Below, one piece after another: positions 55,656 to 64,000 of a DNA stretch of 64,000 nt. Under the pieces are notes generated by a model. That model saw only the letters and a list, made by a program, of their open reading frames with translations. It was not told the DNA's origin and searched no databases. Location of the stretch: NCBI GenBank assembly GCA_964247055.1, contig OZ176050.1:9982001-10046000 (forward strand), given 5' to 3'. Every line of letters starts with the position of its first letter. Position 1 is the first letter of the stretch. The DNA is from Paragordius varius. Lineage: Eukaryota; Animalia; Nematomorpha. The position numbers and the translations under genes were made by a program.

Positions 55656-56962
55656 TATACTGTATATTAGACCTCATTCTCCATTTCCTTTTTTCATAGA
55701 AACTTTTAAATCCATGCCTTTATTGTTTAGATAATGAAAAAATACCCGTGATACTCATATACAGTCATGTATGTTTAGAATTGTCAGATATACGTTTTTA
55801 ATTGATTTTACTTTGTTTTTAATTGTTTACAATAAATAAGCTATTATTATTTTAATGCTTAAAAATGCGCATGTTGAAAAATGACATATCAAACATTAAA
55901 ACAATTAAAAACAAATTATAATCATTTAAAAACGAATTTCTGTCAATTTAAAAATATGCATATGGCCCTTTGCATTTTTTAGGAATTTTTATATAGAAAT
56001 TCTCATCAAAAACTTTGTACTGCTTTATTTTCTGGCTTTTTTGTGTTTGATTTAAACATTAGGATTGATAATAAATTAACTTTAAACATATATTTGGAAA
56101 AAAATATTGTTATAGATTTTATAATCAGTTGTTTGGTTGAGTTTGCTTTACCAACTGTCAAAATTTTAAATAAACTGTTGATACGAAATTAAAAAAAAAT
56201 GGTTCTGACTTTATAAAATTTTAAGATTATGAGACAAAAAATACCCCATAATTAAGTTGATAATAAAGTATAAAATAGTTTTATACAAATAACCCATGAA
56301 TTCTTTATAGACTTTAAAACTCAACTTGATTTTTGTAATCAGTAAATCACTTAACACTCATATTATATTTCAATCAAAGGAAACAAATCTTTGAGTAATG
56401 AATAATGTATATCTCTGCAGTAGGTTTACGCGATATTAATATTATGCCGAGCAGATTTTTTATAGCCTTGTTGCAGTTGGAATAAAGTACCAAGTTAATA
56501 GCGAATTATATTGTAATGTAAGTTAGATTTTTAACTATAAATAGAACAAAAACTACCATTTTTAGCATATTTAATTAATTAAAAATAGGTCAGAAAAATA
56601 TATATAATTTTATTTAATCAAATAATGCAATTATAAACATATACCTTACAATAACTGTCTCAAATGATAATAATTTTTTCAACTATTGAAAAGAGGTCTT
56701 TAATGAGTAAAGCTTGTATCAAAATATTCACGGGTTTCACGAGTAACAAAGGATTCCCAAAATGGCGTTTGAATGGGTTGTATAGATTGTATAATGCGCT
56801 GTAAATTTATTTTATATTAATTTTTAAAATATGTTCAAATATAAGGATTCATTATTGTTGTTGCCAAAACAATACCTATTGTACATCAACTCACATTAAT
56901 TTTATAAATATTTTATTATTTTGGTCTCACATCCTTGCAAGTTTGGGCATTTACTATAATAA

Positions 56963-58687
56963 CACTATGCAACAAAATATGGGGTCAATTTTCTGGAGCT
57001 TATTTTCATAATATTTTCTGATTCCTTATGGTAATCAGATTTGCGTATAATTTTTTTTTACTTACCCAGGTCGTTTTCGAGATATGGGACTTTTTCCATA
57101 TTTAGTCATATCCAAAATTTTCTCGTTTGTACATCTTTTTCGCTAGGTAAACAAATAATATGTGGGTTATAATACAAATTTTATTATAGACCACCAATTT
57201 ATCTTTAAAATAAAAAAAAATTAACTCAAAATATTCAATACTTTTTGTGTCAGGGGGCAAAAACCCTCAAAAACGGGGGAAGTTAACATTTTTTGACGCA
57301 AATATTTTTCATCATCTTATTAAATGAAAACACATTTTCATTTATATTCTTGGATGTTAATAATGTTTGGTTAGTTATAAATATCATTGTGTAATAGCTT
57401 TGTGGACTTTAATTTTCAAAAATAAATTTAATTTTTACAGCGTTTTTGCTGTTTTTTATGTAAAAAATGAGTTAATTTACTCAGCTGCATATAATATATT
57501 CTTTATTTCATATGATATTTTTAAATATTTCCCACACCTAAATATACTCTATATCAGCTTTTTCATCAAGAATATATTTTTATATACCCAAAATGTACAA
57601 AAAATATAATACCCAAGTATATATATATTTATAAATTTAGGATGGATAAAAATAATGTTTGCCATATATGTGGACAATACACAAAAAAACTAATAGTATA
57701 AACATTACCACTTACATAAAAAACTATTTTTTTGTATTATGGGCAACCTAGTGGGCCCCACTAATGCGACCCAAAGAAAAAGCGACATAGGTGCATTGCG
57801 AACTTTTTCTCAAAATTTTTTAGGAAATTTAAAAATAACAATTACCTGGAATTAGTTAATCGACTCTTTCTATAGGATGGGTATGTATGTTATAATACAC
57901 ATGTTATTTAAACATTTATATTCTTTTTTATCCAAAAATATAGGATGCCGCATGAATCCAAAGCTACATATGGTGAATTCCCATTGTGTATTTCACGCCA
58001 ACAGAAATAGCCGAAAAGGAACATCAATTTTAAATTTTTTGAAAAAACTATCGAAATAATATAAATTTAATTTGCGATTATATATATAATAAATAAATTA
58101 TTATTTTATTTTACTTTCATTTAAAATCAAGATAGATTAGTGTTTTTTTGACCAAAATATACACTTTATTTAATATTCACTTTAATTAATTGAAGCATTA
58201 AATTACATGTTTTCACTCGTGAGAGCGGTCATTTTATACAACCTGTCTCGCCATAGTAATTTAGCTATGGCGTCTTCTCCAATAAGCTCGTATTCTGCTA
58301 ACTCTTTATACTGTACACCCATTTCGATTTAGGCCGCCCACGTCCTCGTTTTCCTTCAACTATATGACAATCAATTATTTTTGCATAATTAGAATATCTC
58401 CTTTCAATGTGCCCGAACCAACGTACACAATTTTTTGACATTCTTTTCACTATTGGTTCAACATCTGTGTTCCCACGAATAAATCTTTTCTCAATTCTAT
58501 ACTTTGTTGTTGACCGCACATCATTTACAAACGAGAAAATTTTGGATATGTCCATATATGGAAAAAGTCCCCTATCTCGAAAGCGACCTAGGTAAATAAA
58601 AATATTTTTTCACAAATCTGATCACAATTCCATAAGGAATCAGAACATATTTTAAAATTTAGGTCCAGAAAAAGTTGTGTCACAGTG
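56963..58687. mobile_element. Non-autonomous element with ~140-bp TIRs enclosing the RTE fragment
   Basis: Left arm CACTATGC...TTCTGATTCCTTATGG...CCAGGTCGTTTTCGAGATATGGGACTTTTTCC is mirrored by GGAAAAAGTCCCTATCTCGAAAGCGACCTAGG...CCATAAGGAATCAGAA...CACAGTG|TA. Confidence 0.75.
58200..58560 (-). mobile_element. RTE-type LINE 3' fragment
   Basis: Peptide RGNTDVEPIVKRMSKNCVRWFGHIERR...VEGKRGRGRPKSKW is typical of the RTE RT C-terminus. Confidence 0.8.
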
Positions 58688-59450
58688 TAATTATAAATAA
58701 AAAATATATATCCCTTAAAACTGAAATTCAAATGTTTCCGCATGTATTTCGATATAGCGGTCCTTGAAGACCCCACAATATATTTATCACAATTTTCACT
58801 TATAAAACTTTAAAGTATTATAAAAAATGACCTGATATTTTAAATTCATGCTCTAAGCCAGTGGTACTTAATCCGCAGCCTACGGGTTGCATGCTGCCAA
58901 TAAAGTTCTTTTTGAGCCCTGAAATTATTTTTGTTTAATGCATAACTACTTATGTGTCAAATAGTTAGGCAAGCCTCCTTAAAATTTTTTTTGAGGAGTA
59001 TCACAGCTGAAAGAAAAAGGCGAAATATTAGATGGATTTTCAAAACCTAAAAAAATATTTATAAATTAACCGATTTTCATTATCACTCAATCTATTATAT
59101 TAAAAAGTATCTAGCGATATTTTTCGGACCAAAATATTTTTTTAAAAGTATTTTTTTAAGCTGTGTCCAAAATATTATCCTGATGAATTATATATACAAT
59201 TTACACAAAAAAATATCATGATGAAATAAATATATTTTGGCAGAATAATTATGAATCTCATTGTGCTTTTGGTTTTGGGCTTAAGTGTTAGAAGAAAGTT
59301 ATTTTCACTTTTGTAGTGAGTCATCCATATCCGAATTCACTCATTTAAATAATTATATTAATATTTATCAAGTATTTTCTTACAAATAGGGTTAACTGGT
59401 GACCCTAGGCCAACTTCTAATTGGTATTATTAAAAAAATATCAACAGACC

Positions 59451-60238
59451 AAGGGTGGGGTGATAAAAAAGTCGTTGACTTGTAAGCCAAGCGTGGCGTT
59501 GAGCAAGTTTATTTAAGCCAGCAAGTGTACACTTGAAGATCGGTGATAAAAAAAACACTTAAGTCAAGTCTTTTGCTTATGAATGTAACAGTTTTTTGCC
59601 ACCCAATTCGAATTTTATGGAAATTTTTTTGATCCTTTTCAGCTAAAATTTATGAAATAAGGCACAAAAAGATAAACAATAAATACAATATTGAAATAAA
59701 TTCTTTACATTGGATAAAAGTGAAGTTTTGCTTTTAATATACGAAGATTTGAAATTTTACAAGATTAATATTTAATTATTAATTTTAAAAAATTTTCGAG
59801 AATCCAATTTTTTTTGCGGTCACGGAATTGATATATTTAGCATATTTTTATGTGCCATGTTATTTAATATTAGCAGAGTTTTTCTATAAATTTACCCTCT
59901 TTTGTATCCACCCAATAGATTAATTAGCCAAAATTTATCAAATTAACAAATTATAGAATTAATATAGGTTTGAATTACATATAAAACCTAAATTTTGTAT
60001 ATAAATAGTTTCCAAAATAATTTTATCCATATTTTTAAATCTGTCATGTGTGCCCTACACCACACTTGCAAAATCTTTAAGTTTTACTTGAACATATTAT
60101 TTTTTATCACCTCCTTGTCAAGTTTTCTTGCTTGACTTAAGTCTTGTAATGTTAAATTTTTTTTATCACATGAAAGCAAGCCATGACTTAAAAAACTTGC
60201 AAGTCAAGTCAAAAAATTTTTTTTATCACCCGACCCCA
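59451..60238. mobile_element. Non-autonomous TIR element with subterminal TGATAAAAAA and AAGTC/GACTT repeats (hAT-like, tentative)
   Basis: Ends GGGTGGGGTGATAAAAAA / TTTTTTATCACCCGACCCC; TGATAAAAAA repeats on the left and TTTTTTATCA three times on the right, interleaved with AAGTCAAGTC/GACTT motifs. No clear TSD. Confidence 0.7.
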
Positions 60239-60564
60239 AATGCTTCTATTTTAATATAACTAGTATAAATAAGCATAATATTTTATTTTGAGAAAAGTTT
60301 TATATCACATTACTTTGAAGCCATTTTTATTTTATACTGCAAAAAATACTATATACTCCCGCTATTATCGGAGTTAACTAAATTTAAATAAAATTTTACA
60401 TTATTATAGACCGAATGGCTGATTCGCATTTTATAAAAAGCATAATGACATGTCTTCTAAATTTTAAATTAAATTTAACCATAAAATTAGTCAGTCATTT
60501 TGTATTATCTATTTTTTGGCGCGTCGATGTTTTGTAAGTACAAATTTTGAATATGGTTCAATCG

Positions 60565-61820
60565 GAGGCTTTAAACAGGAACCGGAATCCGGTTCTTTTG
60601 GATTGAGACCCAGTCGGTCCCAGTTTCCTAAATTTTAGGAGACAACGTTTCTATTTTCAAATTCTTAGGAACGAGGCCAGTTTCGTTTCCTTGTCCAAAA
60701 TAATTGTTTCCCAGAGTTTTTATTCTTTAAAAATAAAATTCTTTGTTTAAATTATTATTTAGCGCTTCCTTAGCTTTTGGAGTTGTTTTATGAGCCATTT
60801 AAAATTCATATATTTTAATAATTGGGCCAATTTAAAAATATGCTTTCTTTGACCTTTTAGGAGAATGTAATATTTTTTAAACAATGGAAACTTAAAATCT
60901 TCATCTTAATCTTTTTCATCATTAATCTTTCTCATTGTATTTTTTCATATCGCTAATACAACAGGCAATTATATTAATATTATTCTTAAAAAACGTGTAT
61001 AATTTAAATATTTATTCATTTTAAAATCTTCTGTTTGTTTCAATCGTGCTTTGCAGCTATCCCGATTTCAAAATTTAGAAACTTATTTTTTATCCATAGG
61101 AGAACAATGTTCAATAATAATTTAATATCAATAAACATCTAACACAACTGCAGTTTATTCACAAGTTTAAGCCATAATATATAAAAATACGGCAAAATGT
61201 TATTATCTACAAGATGAAAAGTAATAAAGGTGAGATTTGAATATAATTTTTTCCGGTTTTCCATCAAATGTAATGACCATCATAATTTTAGTTTTGTTGT
61301 TTAAATTTTATATAAATAAAAAATGATATTATGCTCATATTTCTTGTAAGCGATGGAAGGAATTACCATGTTGACAATTTTTCTTTAATATTATTTGAGA
61401 TTGTAGATAGAGACATAATTATTTACACAGATTAATATATAAAAATTATGAACATTAACCTTGTTAATTAATGAAATAAGCTTCTGTTAAAAAACCAAAA
61501 ACTATATATTTGAATTTCATAGCTTTGAAGGAAAACACGATAATATCCATTATAGGCCGAATATTTTCTCTAAAATTTTAAAGTATCTTTTTTAATAAAT
61601 TTTGCGATCCAACTCTCAGATTTTATCTGGCCACAGATTTTGCAAAAATATTAAAATTTATTATAATAAAAATGTTACATGAAAATCATTTTATGAAAAG
61701 TCAGGAATCTAAACGTAACTGGTTTCAAATGTCAAGATTCTGAACTTGTAAATCTAAGAACAGCTCTGTTCCATTTTTTAATTTTTAGAAACCACTTCGG
61801 TTCCGATTTTTCAAGCCGGT
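60565..61820. mobile_element. Decayed TIR element with AACCG/CGGTT subterminal repeats
   Basis: Left GGCTTTAAACAGGAACCGGAATCCGGTTC; right TTCGGTTCCGATTTTTCAAGCC; no intact ORF between. Boundaries approximate. Confidence 0.45.
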
Positions 61821-62364
61821 CAGGGCCCTGGTTTCAATACAATTCATATTTTAAAATATTTGATTTAAAACAGGCCAAGGTCGTCAACTACGCCAATTTA
61901 CGATCAACATATAGACATGATTTGCGTTCAAGTGTTAAATATTTATGCAACCGACCCATTTTTATTTATCAATTATAATCTAATTTTAATTTAATTACAG
62001 TTACTTTCATATGATTTATGTGGCTAAATTAATATTTGAATTGCATTATAGTGTATTTTTGTGAAACTTATTAGTAAGCAAATTCTGGCAATGATTTCTT
62101 GATAAAGTTAAAGCCGTTTTACTTTATAATTTGAGAAGTCAAATTTATAAAAATTTATCAGCACTTGACTTTTATTTCAATAAGAGTTTAATATTTAACT
62201 AAAATGCCACAACAAATTTTACTTAATTCATCACTTCTATGTAAGAATAACAATTTTTCCCTCAAAATCTTTCAAACCTTTAATCAAATTACTCAACTCT
62301 TTAAAAATATGATTAAATAGGATATTTATAGAATAGTCAGTTTCTTTTTTATTAACGCTTCAAT

Positions 62365-62828
62365 AACTTTTGGGGTATTTTATATCCCAGACCGATTTAA
62401 AATTTGAATATCATAAAAAGTAAATCCGAATTTAAAAATATTCTTTCTTTAGTCTTTAGGCGTATTATAAAAAAATTGTTTGAAATAATCTATTGTAAAA
62501 AAATCCTCATCTCAAACTTTCAAGCCGCCATTTTTTCTCTAAAATATTTTTAAATCTCTAATGCAACAGGCAAATAAGTGTACATTAAATTAACTTAAAA
62601 AAGCTTTCACACTAAATACCAGCAAAAACATATTTTGATTCTAACATCAGCTGTTATCAATTGTGTTTTGGAGGTTTAGATTCTAGAAGTCACAAAACTG
62701 TAAAAATAAGCTTTTTATCTCATACATGAGATCAATGTTTGAGAATTAAATTTTAACTAAAATACTTTCAAAACTATAGTTTATTTACAAAATTGAGCTC
62801 TAAATCATAAAACTACCCCAAAATGTAA
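62365..62828. mobile_element. MITE family C, copy 2
   Basis: TTTTGGGGTATTTTTATATC...CATAAAACTACCCCAAAATGTAA; colinear with 26361-26798. Confidence 0.8.
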
Positions 62829-63153
62829 ACAAGGGCCAAATGAAAAAGTAATGAATGTAAGATTCGTAAAAATAATATTTTTGGTGAGAAGGGTAATTTT
62901 ATTCTTTTAGTCATACCCATCTGATTAAAAATATATTTTTAATTTTTTAAAAGCGTAGCTAAAGACTTGAATAAGTTTGCTTTGTTATTGATGCATATAT
63001 CAGCAAAAGCGCAATATCCAGGAATGTACCATGTTTATTCATATATATATATTCCTAAAAGTAAAAAACCATTTTTTATTTATAATAGTTGCATCTAATG
63101 TCCATTAAAAACATTAAAATCTATAAATTAATCAAACAAAATAATGTCATAAA

Positions 63154-64000
63154 TTATTTCCGGGATTTATGTTGTGTCATTACACCATAGGAAGAAACAC
63201 TAACATTAGTTGAACTCCCGTATGATGTGTTACTTTCGAATTCCCATTCTGTAGACGTGGTAGGCTGATTTCGTTTGTTAGATTTTCTTTTATTAGCATG
63301 ATTTGTTTTATTTTGATTTTTAGTTATGTGCCTTTTTGGCCTTGATTTCCGTGAACGGGTCTTATTTAGTTTTGCCGTTTTTTTCAAACACAAACTTTTT
63401 GTTCTTTCTTTTGATTTGGTTGTTTTAGATTTAGATTTAGGCTTAGGTTTTCTTTTAGATTTAGGCGATAGTTTTCTCTTTTTCTGATATCTAATATATT
63501 TTCTTGGTTTTACTGGTTTTTTAGCTTTTGGTTTTGATTTTAACCGTTTATTAGTGTGCTTTACTTTTTTTGTTGTTTTGTTATTCAAAGGAATTTTGCT
63601 ATGTGGCCTGCTATTTTTTATATTTTTGGGTTTTTTTGATTGGCCAATTATTATATGTTTAGTTGATTTGCTTTTATTGGTTTTTTGGCTCGATTTTTTT
63701 TGAAGACGTTTTAGTGAATTGTCATAATTATTAGACACATTTTTTCTTTTTCCTGGTTTCTGGCTTGTTTCGTTAGATTTAAAAGGTTTTTTCAATATTC
63801 TACTCTTTCCAGATTTAGACGTTGTTTCGGTTGATTGGCTTGATGTAGGATATGCAATTTTTTTGACTTTAGCATTACTCTTTGTGTTTGTTTTAGATTT
63901 TACTTTAGTTTTTGTGGTTTTCGTTGGTACTATGTTGAAATTAGTATTATTGGCCATATCAAATTTAAATGTTTTACCTTGCTTACCAGTTTTTTTAGAG
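63154..64000 (-). CDS. Lys/Ser/Thr/Arg-rich basic protein, 5'-truncated by the window edge (H1-tail-like or protamine-like, unproven)
   Basis: The frame is open from the window edge (SKKTGKQGKTFKFD precedes the annotated Met) to the stop at 63154, giving >280 codons. Strongly basic (KPKAKKPVKPRK, KRKLSPKSKRKPKPKSKSK) with a short Ser-rich tail. A minus-strand AATAAA lies at ~63076-63081. Confidence 0.75.
   Translation of the reverse strand, partial: SKKTGKQGKTFKFDMANNTNFNIVPTKTTKTKVKSKTNTKSNAKVKKIAYPTSSQSTETTSKSGKSRILKKPFKSNETSQKPGKRKNVSNNYDNSLKRLQKKSSQKTNKSKSTKHIIIGQSKKPKNIKNSRPHSKIPLNNKTTKKVKHTNKRLKSKPKAKKPVKPRKYIRYQKKRKLSPKSKRKPKPKSKSKTTKSKERTKSLCLKKTAKLNKTRSRKSRPKRHITKNQNKTNHANKRKSNKRNQPTTSTEWEFESNTSYGSSTNVSVSSYGVMTQHKSRK

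Overview
Very AT-rich eukaryotic (invertebrate animal) DNA. The ORF track is mostly noise here because genes are spliced and the caller accepts non-ATG starts. Five protein-coding loci are supported. (1) A ~30-kb, ~35-exon tomosyn (STXBP5-like) gene on the minus strand (ATG 31180, stop 1010), reconstructed exon by exon and carrying large low-complexity insertions. (2) A 7-exon PP1 catalytic subunit on the plus strand (36512-40582) whose first two introns are only 23 nt, whereas the resolved tomosyn introns are all >=71 nt. (3) An intronless receptor-type guanylyl cyclase (minus, 41375-44887) lacking the catalytic Asn and Arg. (4) An intronless RBM12-like multi-RRM protein (minus, 48860-51352). 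(5) The 3' part of a very Lys-rich basic protein that runs off the right edge. Introns and intergenic DNA hold a decayed Mos1-like mariner, RTE-type LINE fragments, many TA-flanked MITE/foldback elements, hAT-like MITEs and (TA)n tracts. No rRNA, tRNA or CRISPR array was recognised. All calls come from manual translation and motif recall; no database search was run.
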